From the NCBI GenBank assembly GCA_048594485.1, contig JBMDXU010000015.1:2660-66659 (forward strand): a DNA stretch of 64,000 nucleotides, given 5' to 3'. The translations under genes were made by a program, and so were the position numbers. This stretch comes from Pseudactinotalea sp. (GTDB taxonomy: Bacteria; Actinomycetota; Actinomycetes; Actinomycetales; Beutenbergiaceae). The notes under the pieces were generated by a model that was given only the letters and a program-made list of their open reading frames with translations, was not told where the DNA came from and searched no databases. This document shows positions 1 to 9,434 of this stretch, piece after piece (the first letter of the stretch is position 1; each line of letters begins with the position of its first letter).

Positions 1-232
1 GCACGGCGCGGGCCATGATCCCGTCGATCGAGTCGGTGAGCACGAGCACCCCGAGCGCGAGGGCACCGACCACGAGGTGCCCGGTCGGGAGCAGCGCGAG
101 GGCGACGGCGCAGGTCGCCACCGTGCCGACGATCGTGACGGCGTCGGGCGAGACCCCCGCGCGCACGAGCGCGCGGGCCAGGGGGCCGAACAGGGCGCTG
201 GAGAACCCGCGCCCGCGGTTGCCGAGGACCAC
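1..232 (-). CDS. pgsA: CDP-alcohol phosphatidyltransferase (PgsA1 / phosphatidylinositol-phosphate synthase-like). Only the N-terminal 77 codons are present; the gene continues past the left edge.
   Basis: Minus-strand translation from GTG at 232 gives VVLGNRGRGFSSALFGPLARALVRAGVSPDAVTIVGT...VLTDSIDGIMARA. This contains the D-x2-DG-x2-AR CDP-alcohol transferase motif. The gene lies directly downstream of thrS-HIT, as in the mycobacterial thrS/Rv2613c/pgsA1 arrangement. It is absent from the ORF track because the window truncates it. Confidence 0.75.
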   Translation of the reverse strand, partial: MVLGNRGRGFSSALFGPLARALVRAGVSPDAVTIVGTVATCAVALALLPTGHLVVGALALGVLVLTDSIDGIMARAV

Positions 233-234
233 GG

Positions 235-777
235 CTACTCCCCTGCCGGCCAGCCGGCGGCGAGCTGCGCGCGGGTGTCGCCCAGCAGCTCCGGGAGCGC
301 CTTGGTGCGTCCGATGATGGGAAGGAAGTTCGCGTCGCCGTCCCACCGTGGCACGACGTGCAGGTGCGCGTGCGCGGCGATCCCCGCGCCGGCGTTGGCC
401 CCGGTGTTCATGCCGGTGTTGAACCCGTCCGGGTGCTTGACGGCGCGCAGCACCTCCATCGCGGTGGTGACGAGCTCGATCGACTCGGCGCGCTCGGTCG
501 CCGTCATCGAGGGCAGGTCGGGCACGTGGCGGTACGGGCACACCATGAGGTGACCGGGGTTGTACGGGTAGAGGTTGAGCACCACGTAGCAGGTCTCGCC
601 GCGGTGGACGATGAGCCCGTCGGCGTCGTCGCGCAGCGGTGCGCGGCAGAACGGGCAGTCCGGCTCGGCCTGGCTGACGACACGCTCCGGGCCGTCGACG
701 TAGACCATCCGGTGGGGGGTCCACAGGCGGTCGTAGCCGTCGGGCTCGCGCGCGAAGCCCTCCGCGGGCTCGGTCAC
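235..777 (-). CDS. HIT-family nucleotide hydrolase/phosphorylase (Ap4A-phosphorylase-like branch)
   Basis: 180-aa ORF with the histidine triad [10 protein letters not shown] and an upstream CPFC motif. Its GTG start overlaps the thrS stop (GTGA at 774-777). Its position between thrS and pgsA is conserved. Confidence 0.88.
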   Translation of the reverse strand: MTEPAEGFAREPDGYDRLWTPHRMVYVDGPERVVSQAEPDCPFCRAPLRDDADGLIVHRGETCYVVLNLYPYNPGHLMVCPYRHVPDLPSMTATERAESIELVTTAMEVLRAVKHPDGFNTGMNTGANAGAGIAAHAHLHVVPRWDGDANFLPIIGRTKALPELLGDTRAQLAAGWPAGE

Positions 778-2789
778 ACCTGCACCCGGTCCGCGATCGC
801 TGTCGTGATGATCTCGACGGCCTCGGCCACCGGCACGCCGTTGCGCTGGCTGCCGTCGCGGTAGCGGAACGAGACCGCACCGGCCTCGACGTCGTCGCCG
901 CCCGCGATGAGGGTGAACGGCACCTTCTGCGCGGAGGCGTTGCGGATCTTCTTGTTGAAGCGGTCGTCGGAGTCGTCGAGCTCGGCCCGCACACCGGCCT
1001 CACGCAGCTGCGCCACGACGTCGGCGAGGTAGTCGTTGAACGGCTCGGCGACCGGGACCGCGAGCACCTGCACCGGGGCCAGCCACGGCGGCATCGCGCC
1101 CGCGTAGTGCTCCAGGAGCACGGCGAAGAAGCGTTCGATCGAGCCGAACAGCGCGCGGTGGATCATCACCGGGCGCTGGCGCGAGCCGTCGGCCGCGGTG
1201 TAGGTGAGGTCGAACCGCTCGGGCAGGTTGAAGTCGAGCTGGATGGTCGACATCTGCCAGGTGCGGCCGATCGCGTCCTTGGCCTGCACCGAGATCTTCG
1301 GGCCGTAGAACGCGGCACCACCCGGATCGGGCACGAGCTCGAGCCCCGAGGCGGTCGCCACCTCCTCCAGGGTGCGGGTGGCTTCCTCCCAGGTGGCGTC
1401 GTCCCCGACGGACTTGTCGGGGTTGCGCGTCGACAGCTCGAGGTAGAAGTCGTCGAGCCCGTAGTCGGAGAGCAGGTCGAGCACGAAGGTGAGCAGCGAG
1501 GTGAGCTCGTCGCGCATCTGCTCGCGGGTGCAGTAGATGTGCGCGTCGTCCTGCGTGAAGCCGCGGGCGCGTGTCAGCCCGTGCACGACGCCGGACTTCT
1601 CGTACCGGTACACGGTGCCGAACTCGAACAGCCGGAGCGGCAGCTCGCGGTACGAGCGCCCCCGGCTGTCGAAGATCAGGTTGTGCATCGGGCAGTTCAT
1701 CGGCTTGAGGTAGTAGTCCTGGCCCTCCCGCCGGAGCGTGCCGTCGGCGTGGTGCTCGGCGTCCAGGTGCATCGGCGGGTACATGCCGTCGGCGTACCAG
1801 TCGAGGTGGCCGGAGATCTCGAAGAGCTTCGCCTTGGTCGCGTGCGGGGTGGCGACGAACTCGTACCCGGCCGCGATGTGCCGACGCCGGGAGTACTCCT
1901 CCATCTCCATCCGCATCACGCCGCCCTTGGGGTGGAACACCGCCAGCCCGGAGCCGATCTCGTCGGGGAAGGAGAACAGGTCGAGCTCGGCGCCGAGCTT
2001 GCGGTGGTCGCGACGCTCGGCCTCGGCCAGCCGGTCCTTGTAGGCGACCAGCTCGTCCTTCGTGGGCCAGGCGGTGCCGTAGATCCGCTGCAGCTGCGGG
2101 TTCTTCTCGCTGCCACGCCAGTAGGCGGCAGCGCTGCGCATGAGCGAGAACCCGTTCCCGATCAGCTTGGTGGTGGGCAGGTGCGGGCCGCGGCACAGGT
2201 CCTTCCACGCGACGACCTCGTTCCCCTCCCGGTCGCGACCGACGTTGTCGTAGATGGTCAGCTCGCCGGTACCGACCTCGACGGCGGCGCCCTCCGCCGC
2301 GCTCTCCGCACCGGCGCCCTTGAGCCCGATCAGCTCGAGCTTGTAGGGCTCGTCGGCGAGCTCGGTCCGGGCCTCGTCGTCGGTGACGACGCGACGTACG
2401 AACCGCTGCCCGGAGTTGACGATCTTCTGCATCGCCTTCTCGAGCGCCTTGAGGTCCTCGGGCTGGAACGGGGTGGCGACGTCGAAGTCGTAGTAGAAGC
2501 CGTCGGTGATCGGAGGGCCGATGCCGAGCTTGGCGTCCGGGTCGACCTGCTGCACGGCCTGCGCCAGCACGTGGGCGGCCGAGTGACGCAGGATGTCGAG
2601 CCCGTCCGAAGAGTCGATGGTCACGGGCTCGACCGCGGTGGCGCCGTCGAGCACGGTCGCGAGGTCGCGGAGCTCGCCGTCGACGCGGACGGCGACGACG
2701 CTGCGGTCGGTCCCGAACAGGTCCGTGCCCGTGGTCCCGGCCGGGTGCCTCTGCTCGGAGCCGGCGACGGACAGGACGATCTCAGACAC
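774..2789 (-). CDS. thrS: Threonine--tRNA ligase
   Basis: Track ORF 774..2945, trimmed to the in-frame GTG at 2789 ([10 protein letters not shown]...). It has a TGS/editing N-terminal region, a class II catalytic core ([19 protein letters not shown]-like, [11 protein letters not shown]) and a C-terminal anticodon-binding domain. About 671 aa, typical for ThrRS. Confidence 0.95.
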   Translation of the reverse strand: MSEIVLSVAGSEQRHPAGTTGTDLFGTDRSVVAVRVDGELRDLATVLDGATAVEPVTIDSSDGLDILRHSAAHVLAQAVQQVDPDAKLGIGPPITDGFYYDFDVATPFQPEDLKALEKAMQKIVNSGQRFVRRVVTDDEARTELADEPYKLELIGLKGAGAESAAEGAAVEVGTGELTIYDNVGRDREGNEVVAWKDLCRGPHLPTTKLIGNGFSLMRSAAAYWRGSEKNPQLQRIYGTAWPTKDELVAYKDRLAEAERRDHRKLGAELDLFSFPDEIGSGLAVFHPKGGVMRMEMEEYSRRRHIAAGYEFVATPHATKAKLFEISGHLDWYADGMYPPMHLDAEHHADGTLRREGQDYYLKPMNCPMHNLIFDSRGRSYRELPLRLFEFGTVYRYEKSGVVHGLTRARGFTQDDAHIYCTREQMRDELTSLLTFVLDLLSDYGLDDFYLELSTRNPDKSVGDDATWEEATRTLEEVATASGLELVPDPGGAAFYGPKISVQAKDAIGRTWQMSTIQLDFNLPERFDLTYTAADGSRQRPVMIHRALFGSIERFFAVLLEHYAGAMPPWLAPVQVLAVPVAEPFNDYLADVVAQLREAGVRAELDDSDDRFNKKIRNASAQKVPFTLIAGGDDVEAGAVSFRYRDGSQRNGVPVAEAVEIITTAIADRVQV

Positions 2790-2835
2790 GGTGGTGACCT
2801 TGCGCTTGCGGGTGAGGGACTGACAGCGATCGTAG

Positions 2836-4113
2836 TCAGCGCAGCGCCGCGAGGATCGCAGGCAGCCGGGTGCGCGTCCGCTCGATCCGCGCCCGGGTGG
2901 CGGCGGGCTCTCCGATCCGCGCCAGCGCGAGCATGCCCTCGTCACCGCGCCGCTGTCCCGCCTCGATGCCGTCGGCGGCCTCCACCATCCGTGCGATGGC
3001 GCGTCCGGCCAGCTCGCCGGCGGTCAGCGCCGGGTCGTCGTAGGCCTGTACGAGCAGCTCCAGCCGTCGGGCGACGTCGGGGGCGTCGGCGTCGGGGCGA
3101 TCGGTGATGAGGATCGCGTTGAAGGCGAGGAAGGCGACGTCGCTCCACGGGTGCCCGGGTGAGGCGAGCTCCCAGTCGATGACGCCGACGAGCTCGCCGC
3201 TGTCGGCGTCGACGACAACGTTGTACGGGGCGACGTCGTGGTGACAGATCACCTCGCCGTCGGCGCGGGCCCCTGCCCCGAAGTACCACCGGCGCGTGTC
3301 GGCCGGGAAGGTGCGCGAGGCGGCGTGGAAGCGGGCGAGCCATCGTCCCACGGCGACGAGCTGGCTGTCGCTGAGGTGACCGGGGTCCGGGGGCACGAGC
3401 CCGGGGAGGTGGTCGAGGATCTCGCGGCCCTGCGCGTCGATGCCGTGCACGCGCGGCACGCCGTCGAGACCGGCCCGCTCCAGGTGGCGGAGCAGGTCGT
3501 GGACGGCGGGCGTCCAGGGCCCGGTGCGACGGCGCACGGTGTCGCCGACGCGGACCGCGCCGCCGACGTTCCCGCCGGGCAGCGCCTCCTCGGGCGGCTG
3601 CGCGGCCGCCGCCACCACCTGGTCGACGACGTCCCTCAGCGGTTGCGTCGCGTCGACGATCCGTGCGCCGAAGCCGCGGTAGCTGCGCTCGTTCGTCGCG
3701 TTCCAGCCGAGGATGTCGGCGAGCTGCTCGGGGCGTTTGCCGTAGTCGTTGGTGGTCCGGGAGGCGATCCGCTCGGTGATGGTGGTGTCGTCGGCCACGA
3801 GGGCGACGACGACGTCGAACGCATCCCACAGGTCGCGCTCGTTCTCCACCGAGCCGCACAGGAACAGCGTCGTCCCTCGCGCCCGCTCGACCAGCGGCGC
3901 CAGCCGTTCGGGCATCAGCACCCAGGCGTGGTCGCGCGCCCAGTGCGCCGGCAGCGGGCCCGGCGGCGACGGCACCGGCGCGCCGGTGTCGCGGTGACGC
4001 CAGCCCGAGACCACGTCGTCGGCGTCGACGGCGTCCCGGCCGCGACGCCGCAGCTCGGCGGCGACGGTCGACTTGCCCGTGCCCGACCCACCGGTGACCC
4101 AGACGAGGGTCAC
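2836..4113 (-). CDS. Two-domain fusion: N-terminal P-loop kinase (AAA_33/shikimate-kinase-like) plus C-terminal aminoglycoside-phosphotransferase-fold (APH) kinase
   Basis: Walker [10 protein letters not shown] lies at residues 8-16. The C-terminal half carries the APH catalytic loop [12 protein letters not shown] and the metal-binding segment VGVIDWELA. The ATG overlaps the stop of the upstream GNAT gene (ATGA at 4110-4113). Confidence 0.8.
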   Translation of the reverse strand: MTLVWVTGGSGTGKSTVAAELRRRGRDAVDADDVVSGWRHRDTGAPVPSPPGPLPAHWARDHAWVLMPERLAPLVERARGTTLFLCGSVENERDLWDAFDVVVALVADDTTITERIASRTTNDYGKRPEQLADILGWNATNERSYRGFGARIVDATQPLRDVVDQVVAAAAQPPEEALPGGNVGGAVRVGDTVRRRTGPWTPAVHDLLRHLERAGLDGVPRVHGIDAQGREILDHLPGLVPPDPGHLSDSQLVAVGRWLARFHAASRTFPADTRRWYFGAGARADGEVICHHDVAPYNVVVDADSGELVGVIDWELASPGHPWSDVAFLAFNAILITDRPDADAPDVARRLELLVQAYDDPALTAGELAGRAIARMVEAADGIEAGQRRGDEGMLALARIGEPAATRARIERTRTRLPAILAALR

Positions 4114-4601
4114 GACGACATCCGCTGGAGGTAGCGCACGTCGACCCAGCGACCGAGCTTGCGACCGACCTCGCGCAGCGTGCCGACCTCGGCGAAGCCG
4201 AACCTGCGGTGCAGGGCCTCGCTGGCGTCGTTGGGCAGCGCGATCACCGCGAGCTGGGTGTGGGTGGAGTCGTCGGCGTCGAGCCGGGCGAACAGCTCGG
4301 TGTACAGCGCGGTCGCGACGCCCCGCCCTCGCGCCTCCGGGGCGAGGTAGACCGAGACCTCCGTGGTGCCGTCGTAGGCGGGTCGGGGCCGGAAGGGGCC
4401 GGAGTGCGCGTAGCCGATGACGAGCCCGTCGCGGTCGGCGACGAGCACGTGGTGGGATCCCGCTGCGGCCGCGACCTTGGCACGCAAGACCGTGGCGCCG
4501 ACGGGCTCCACGTCGAACGTCGCGACAGAGGTGCGCACCTGCTCGTCGTAGATCGCCGCCATGGCCGCGACGTCCTCCGGGCCTGCGTCGCGCACGATCA
4601 T
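4110..4601 (-). CDS. GNAT N-acetyltransferase, phosphinothricin/methionine-sulfoximine acetyltransferase (PAT)-like
   Basis: 163 aa. The N-terminus IVRDAGPEDVAAMAAIYDEQVRTSVATFD and the acetyl-CoA loop RGRGVATALY match the PAT/MddA-type GNAT pattern. Confidence 0.8.
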   Translation of the reverse strand: MIVRDAGPEDVAAMAAIYDEQVRTSVATFDVEPVGATVLRAKVAAAAGSHHVLVADRDGLVIGYAHSGPFRPRPAYDGTTEVSVYLAPEARGRGVATALYTELFARLDADDSTHTQLAVIALPNDASEALHRRFGFAEVGTLREVGRKLGRWVDVRYLQRMSS

Positions 4602-4630
4602 GGGTGGGAGGGTACGCAGTCGTCAGCGGC

Positions 4631-5668
4631 TCAGGGGAGCCGGGGGTCGATGATCGTCAGACCGGCGGGCGCCGCGGTGCCCAGGCCGGGCAGCAGTTCG
4701 GCGGCCTCGGCCAGCGAGGTGACCCTCTCGACGAGCCGGCCCGGGTCGAGTCGGCGGTCGACGAGGAGGTCGAGCATCTCGGGGTAGTCGACGGCGGCCA
4801 TGCCGTGGCTGCCGAGCACGTCGAGCTCCCAGCCCAGGACGCGCTCCATCGGCACACGCGGATGGCCGAGCACGCCGGGAAGCAGCCCGATCTGGACGTG
4901 GCGACCACGTCGACGCAGCGACAGGACCGACGTGGCGAGAGCGTCTTCGGAGCCGATCGCGTCGACCCCGACGTGCGCACCGCCCTCGGTGAGGTCGTGG
5001 ACGAGGTCGGCGACGCCCTCGGCGACGTCGAGAGCATGAACCGCACCGAGCGAGAGAGCACGCTCGCGGGCGACCGCCGACGGGTCGACGACGATGCTCC
5101 GGGCGCCGAGAGCGGCGGCGATCATGACGGACGAGAGACCGACTCCCCCGCCGCCGACGATCAGCACCCACTCCCCCGCGCTCACCCCGGCGCGCGCGAC
5201 GAGACCGCGGTACGCCGTGGCGAACCGGCAGCCGAGCGCCGCGGCGGCCTCCATGGGGACCTGCTCGGGGATCCGGACGAGGTTGGTGTCGGCGGCGTGC
5301 AGGGCGACCCGCTCGGCGAACGAGCCGGGGTGCGTGAAGCCGGGCTGCTGCTGGTCGGGGCAGACCTGCGCGTGACCGCTGGCGCACCACTCGCAATCGC
5401 CGCAGCCCTCGACGAACGGGACGGTCACGCGGTCCCCCACGGCCCAGCGGGTGACGCCGTCGCCGACCTCGGACACGATCCCGGCGAGCTCGTGGCCGGG
5501 GGTGTGCGGCAGCGGCACCACCTCGTGCCCCGCCCACGCGTGCCAGTCGCTGCGGCACAGCCCCGTGGCGTGGACGTCGACGACGACACCGCCCGCCGGG
5601 GCGACCGGATCGGGGACGTCCCGCACGGAGACCGGGCCGAGCGGCGCGTCGTAGACGACGGCGCGCAT
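4631..5668 (-). CDS. Zinc-dependent alcohol dehydrogenase family oxidoreductase
   Basis: Track ORF 4631..6547, trimmed to ATG 5668 (MRAVVYDAP...). It has the catalytic Zn motif GLCRSDWH...GHELAG, the structural Zn cysteines CGDCEWC and the Rossmann motif VGGGGVG. The ATG overlaps the upstream gene's stop (ATGA). Confidence 0.9.
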   Translation of the reverse strand: MRAVVYDAPLGPVSVRDVPDPVAPAGGVVVDVHATGLCRSDWHAWAGHEVVPLPHTPGHELAGIVSEVGDGVTRWAVGDRVTVPFVEGCGDCEWCASGHAQVCPDQQQPGFTHPGSFAERVALHAADTNLVRIPEQVPMEAAAALGCRFATAYRGLVARAGVSAGEWVLIVGGGGVGLSSVMIAAALGARSIVVDPSAVARERALSLGAVHALDVAEGVADLVHDLTEGGAHVGVDAIGSEDALATSVLSLRRRGRHVQIGLLPGVLGHPRVPMERVLGWELDVLGSHGMAAVDYPEMLDLLVDRRLDPGRLVERVTSLAEAAELLPGLGTAAPAGLTIIDPRLP

Positions 5669-6891
5669 CACGGCGTCGAGACCGGCACGCGGGAGACCGC
5701 CGTCGGCGTGCCGAAACGGCCCCGACCGCCGTAGGCGAGACGACGGAGCAGCCACTCGGCTGGACCGCGTCGGCCCGAACGGTCGAGCAGCGCCGCGAGG
5801 ACGACCGTGACCAGCCAGGTGGCGATCGCGATGCCGGCTCCGGCGAGCTCGCCGATCCAGGCGCCGACGCCGAGGCCCCACGCGCTGAAGAGCGGTGCCA
5901 TCACGACGGACTGCGCGAGGTACGCCGAGAGCGAGCGGGCACCGGTCGCCGTCAGCGCCGTCGACACCGGGCCGAGCGGGCGTCGCGCGACACGTTCGGC
6001 CACCAGCGCGAACAGGGCGGCGTAGCCGAGTCCGCCGGCGAACCCGGTGAGGAAGTGGACACCGACGAAGGTCCAGTCGGGCAGTGCCAGTGGCAGCATG
6101 CCGAACCAGGTCAGCGCGCTCAGCCCACCGCCGAGCCACCCGATCGCGACGCCCGCGCCCGCGACCCGGCGCAGCAGCGGCAGGTGCGCGCCGGGCTCCT
6201 CGAGCACACGATGCCGAGCGGCGAGGATGCCGACGAGGATCGCGGCCGGCACGACCATCGACAGCAGTCCTTGGAGCAGCGCGATCACCACCCACATCCC
6301 GAAGCGGGCGAGCATCGAGGCGGGGTAGGACTCGATGCCCGCCGCCGAGCCCGACGAGAAGGACTCCATCGGCTCGCCGGACAGCGTGAGCATCACTCCG
6401 CCGGTCCCGGCGAGCAGGCCGACGAGCACGAGGAGGGACGCCATCCCGATCACCCAGATGCGCAGCGTCCTGTCGGGGCGATCGAGGAACAGCCAGGTGA
6501 TGAGCAGACCGACCAGCCCGTAGGCGCCGACGATGTCGCCCATCCACAGCAGCAGCGCGTGGACCGCGCCGAACGCGATCATCCAGGCGTGACGGCGCTG
6601 CAGCAGACGCGTGATCTCGCGAGGGTCGCGGCCGGCGGCGATCTGCTTGCTGTAGAGCTGCCAGATGCCGTAGCCGAACAGGAACGCGAACAGCGGGTAG
6701 GCGCGGCCGTCGATCGCGACGATCGAGATCGCCTGCCAGACGGCGTCGCCCCCGGTGGCGCCGACATGGTGCGCGAACGCGGTGCCCTCGACGCCGCCGT
6801 AGAGGTACCAGGGCATGTTGGCGACCGCGATCAGCGCCAGCATGAGGCCACGCGCGAGGTCAGGCGCAACGGTCCTCGTGGTGGTCGTCAT
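5668..6891 (-). CDS. DUF418-family polytopic membrane protein (YeiB-like)
   Basis: Track ORF 5668..7041, trimmed to ATG 6891 (MTTTTRTVAPDLARGLMLALIAVANMPWY...). The first 50 codons of the track ORF are just the translation of the tRNA-Val gene. The protein has multiple hydrophobic helices, and the ARGLMLxLI start is typical of DUF418/acyltransferase_3-like proteins. Confidence 0.8.
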   Translation of the reverse strand: MTTTTRTVAPDLARGLMLALIAVANMPWYLYGGVEGTAFAHHVGATGGDAVWQAISIVAIDGRAYPLFAFLFGYGIWQLYSKQIAAGRDPREITRLLQRRHAWMIAFGAVHALLLWMGDIVGAYGLVGLLITWLFLDRPDRTLRIWVIGMASLLVLVGLLAGTGGVMLTLSGEPMESFSSGSAAGIESYPASMLARFGMWVVIALLQGLLSMVVPAAILVGILAARHRVLEEPGAHLPLLRRVAGAGVAIGWLGGGLSALTWFGMLPLALPDWTFVGVHFLTGFAGGLGYAALFALVAERVARRPLGPVSTALTATGARSLSAYLAQSVVMAPLFSAWGLGVGAWIGELAGAGIAIATWLVTVVLAALLDRSGRRGPAEWLLRRLAYGGRGRFGTPTAVSRVPVSTP

Positions 6892-6983
6892 GCGAGCCAG
6901 GCTAGGGGCGGTGCAGCGGCGCCGGCATCGCCCGTTCGGCGGACGTCCTCCGCCGTTCGACTGACGTGATGGTGCCTGAAGGG

Positions 6984-7055
6984 TGGGCGATACTGGGTTC
7001 GAACCAGTGACCTCCTCGGTGTGAACGAGGCGCTCTACCACTGAGCCAATCGCCC
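6984..7055 (-). tRNA. tRNA-Val (anticodon CAC)
   Basis: The reverse complement reads GGGCGATTGGCTCAGTGGTAGAGCGCCTCGTTCACACCGAGGAGGTCACTGGTTCGAACCCAGTATCGCCCA. It folds as a cloverleaf with 7-bp acceptor stem GGGCGAT/ATCGCCC, anticodon loop TTCACAC and a GGTTCGAAC T-loop. No CCA is encoded. Confidence 0.92.
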
Positions 7056-7125
7056 TCAGCGACCACCGACTCTACCAGCGGGTCGCACCGCTCCCGACCG
7101 CGGTCGTCGACATAGCCTGCTCGGC

Positions 7126-8127
7126 GTGCTGCCGTCCGGACTCGCGATGCTGTGGGAGGGCGGCGACCCGCTGGTGGCGCTGGAGCGCAGGTTCGGCTTC
7201 GCCGGGATCGCCGCGGTCGATCGTTGGTCGGCGGCGACGCTGCTTACGACGTGGGGTATCGACGGCGCGTCCCTCGAACGTCTCGTGGTCAGCGACACCA
7301 ACGCGATCGGCTGGGTGCGCGCGGACGAGCGTGTGGTGGTGGTCAAGATCGCGGCGGCGCAGGGCAGCTTCGCGCGGCTCGGTGCCGTCGCGGAGCTCGC
7401 GGCCCGAGCGGCGGCGTCCGGGGTGAGGACACCCGCTCCGCTCGTCGCCGTCGACGGAGCGGTGCGGGCCGTCGTCGACGGCGGTGCGCGGCCGCTCTCG
7501 GTTCTCGTGCTGCCGTGCGTGGCGGGGGCGCACCTGGACGTGACCGACCTCGCTGCGGTGCGCCGGACGGGCGTCGAGCTCGCGCGGTTCCACGAGGTGC
7601 TGGCCGGCGTGTCCGCCGACGTCGCCCTCGCGCCGCTGGCCGTGCCGTGGCGGGGAGCCGAGATCGATCTGCGCGCACGGTTGGTCGGCTGGGCCGGGCG
7701 CGCGGGGCCGGCCGCGCCCGCCGCTGCCGTGAGGAGGGTCATGGCGCTGATCGACGGGCTGCCCGATCTCGGCACCGCTGCGCAGCTGGTGCACGGCGAC
7801 GTCAGAGCGGCGAACGTGCTCGTCGACGCCGGCGAGGTGACGGCGCTGCTCGATCTCGACGAGGTCGGCCTCGACCAGCGGGTCGCCGATCTCGGTCGCG
7901 CCGCCGTGCTGCTGGCGACGCTGTACCGCGAGTGGGGGCCGACGCCGGCGGATGCGCGCGCTGCGCTGATCTCCGGCTACTGCTCGGTGGTCGAGCTGAG
8001 CGACGTCGAGCTCGGCTGGCTCGACGCCGTCGTCCTCGCGACGGCGACCGGCATGGTCCCCGATGGCGACGACCCGACCGGGTGGAGAGGGTCTCTCGAC
8101 GAGCTGCTCGCGACCGGTCAGGCGTAG
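7126..8127 (+). CDS. Phosphotransferase-family (APH / homoserine-kinase type II-like) protein
   Basis: 333 aa with a GTG start. Catalytic loop VHGDVRAANVLVD followed by ALLDLDEVG (DxD metal site). The substrate is unknown. Confidence 0.75.
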   Translation: MLPSGLAMLWEGGDPLVALERRFGFAGIAAVDRWSAATLLTTWGIDGASLERLVVSDTNAIGWVRADERVVVVKIAAAQGSFARLGAVAELAARAAASGVRTPAPLVAVDGAVRAVVDGGARPLSVLVLPCVAGAHLDVTDLAAVRRTGVELARFHEVLAGVSADVALAPLAVPWRGAEIDLRARLVGWAGRAGPAAPAAAVRRVMALIDGLPDLGTAAQLVHGDVRAANVLVDAGEVTALLDLDEVGLDQRVADLGRAAVLLATLYREWGPTPADARAALISGYCSVVELSDVELGWLDAVVLATATGMVPDGDDPTGWRGSLDELLATGQA

Positions 8128-8438
8128 TCGGCGTCGACTCGTGCGTCGGCGAGCGCCGTCACGAGCTTCGTCATCGCCGACTGGGCCGACTCGCTGACCG
8201 TGGGCCCGACGGCCGCCAGGCTGGCGATGAGAGCCGCGATCTCGGCCACGTCCAGGGTGACGGGTGCGGGTTCGGTCGTCGCGGCGAGCTCGACGCCGCC
8301 GCCGCGCCCCGGGACGACGTCGATCGGGATGCCGGAGTGTCGCAGCCGCTCGAGGTCGCGCGCGATGGTGCGCGTGGTCACGCCCGTGCGGTCGGCCAGC
8401 TCCTGCAACGTCCTGCGTGACCTGCTGCGGACGAGCAT
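8118..8438 (-). CDS. Small helix-turn-helix transcriptional regulator (HTH_11/DeoR-like N-domain only, no WYL domain)
   Basis: The C-terminal 106 codons of track ORF 8118..8978, starting at MLVRSRSRRTLQELADRTGVTTRTIARDLERLRHSGIPID. This is a winged-helix HTH motif like the YafY N-terminus. The rest of the track ORF overlaps the opposite-strand NTF2 gene and is rejected. Confidence 0.65.
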   Translation of the reverse strand: MLVRSRSRRTLQELADRTGVTTRTIARDLERLRHSGIPIDVVPGRGGGVELAATTEPAPVTLDVAEIAALIASLAAVGPTVSESAQSAMTKLVTALADARVDADYA

Positions 8439-8567
8439 CGCCACCAGGTGCTGCTGCCGCTCGACGCGGCGGAGCGTGAGCAGCGAGTCCCGCGATGCGG
8501 TGGACACCTGTATGGGGGGACCGTGCACGACGTCGATGCTAACCACGACACCGGCGTGTCCACCTTG

Positions 8568-8960
8568 ATGTCTAACGTCGACGGCATGACTGAGGACATC
8601 GACCCGCACACGATCGCGCAGACGTTCTTCGACACCTACGCCGCTGCGCTGCTCGACCGGGACGCGGACGCCATCGCCGACCACTACGCGGTGCCCGCTC
8701 TGATCGAGTTCCCGGAGGCGTCGATCCCCGTCACGAGCCACGAGCAGACAGCGGCGTTCTTCGCGCAAGCCTTCGGCCAGTACGCCGACGTGACCTCGGC
8801 CGAGGCGAGCATCACCATCGCGGCGACCGGTCCCCACAGCATCTGGGCCGACGTGGCGTGGGACCACGGCGGCGCCGCTCCCGATGAGCGCAACATGTAC
8901 CAGCTGACTCGTCGCGACGGGGTGTGGCGGATCGCCGTCCTCACCCCACTCGACGACTGA
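8568..8960 (+). CDS. NTF2-like (SnoaL/DUF4440-like) small protein
   Basis: Track ORF 8448..8960, trimmed to ATG 8568 (alternative ATG 8586). The sequence IAQTFFDTYAAALLDRDADAIADHYAVPAL...GVWRIAVLTPLD fits the cone-shaped NTF2 fold pattern. It is divergent from the small HTH gene. Confidence 0.6.
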   Translation: MSNVDGMTEDIDPHTIAQTFFDTYAAALLDRDADAIADHYAVPALIEFPEASIPVTSHEQTAAFFAQAFGQYADVTSAEASITIAATGPHSIWADVAWDHGGAAPDERNMYQLTRRDGVWRIAVLTPLDD

Positions 8961-8992
8961 GCCCGAGAGCGATCGCATCGGAGGAACGCGTC

Positions 8993-9361
8993 ATGACCGA
9001 CCGCAGCAGCAACCGCATGATCAGCGACTTCAGCCGAAAGCCACGCACCCTCGGCTACTACGAGGCCATCGATGCGTTCGTGATGGAGCACGAGGGTGTC
9101 CAACGGAGCTTCAAGGCCCAGGTCAGCTACGCCGTGAACCGGACGTTCCTCTGGCTGTGGGCCTACGAGAAGACGGCCGACGGGACGCTGTACCTCAACG
9201 TGACTCTCGACCACGTGGTGGGCGATGACCGTATCCACCGGGTCACCCAGGTCAGCACGAACCGCTGGAACCATCACGTCGAGGTGAAGGCCGCGAGGAC
9301 CGCGAGCAGCGCCTGGCTCAGGCGTCTGATCACCGCCGGGCTCGAGTTCGCTCGCCGGTAG
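8993..9361 (+). CDS. Hypothetical protein (possibly DUF5655-like)
   Basis: Track ORF 8924..9361, trimmed to ATG 8993, which is preceded by GGAGGA at 8980-8985. 122 aa. The KAQVSYAVNRTFLWLW...RWNHHVEV pattern resembles DUF5655 proteins, but this is recalled by eye only. Confidence 0.5.
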   Translation: MTDRSSNRMISDFSRKPRTLGYYEAIDAFVMEHEGVQRSFKAQVSYAVNRTFLWLWAYEKTADGTLYLNVTLDHVVGDDRIHRVTQVSTNRWNHHVEVKAARTASSAWLRRLITAGLEFARR

Positions 9362-9434
9362 GCCGATCCGATCCCACCGTGACAACCCGCAGTGCCCGTC
9401 ACGGTGGTGCGTGACGGGCTCCGGGGCTGCACAG

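Noticed and set aside
2790-2835. T-box or other leader upstream of thrS
   Set aside because: Only 46 nt separate thrS from the upstream gene's stop, which is too short for a T-box riboswitch.
1107-3107. Long antisense or off-frame ORFs over thrS, SNF2, ydeP, glgX, treY, treZ, fadB, the S9 peptidase and others. Examples are 1107..3107, 14034..16139, 16434..18800, 23249..25519, 26259..28655, 28537..30156, 47059..49149 and 60789..62591.
   Set aside because: Each overlaps a gene with strong conserved motifs on the other strand or frame. Each translates to repetitive R/G/P/A/D/V-rich sequence, as expected when stop codons are rare in high-GC DNA.
6892-7041. N-terminal 50 codons of track ORF 5668..7041 (MVERLVHTEEVTGSNPVSPT...)
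   Set aside because: This is the translation of the tRNA-Val(CAC) gene and its flank. The same peptide-like string recurs over tRNA-Val(GAC) in ORF 13746..13961. The true start is ATG 6891.
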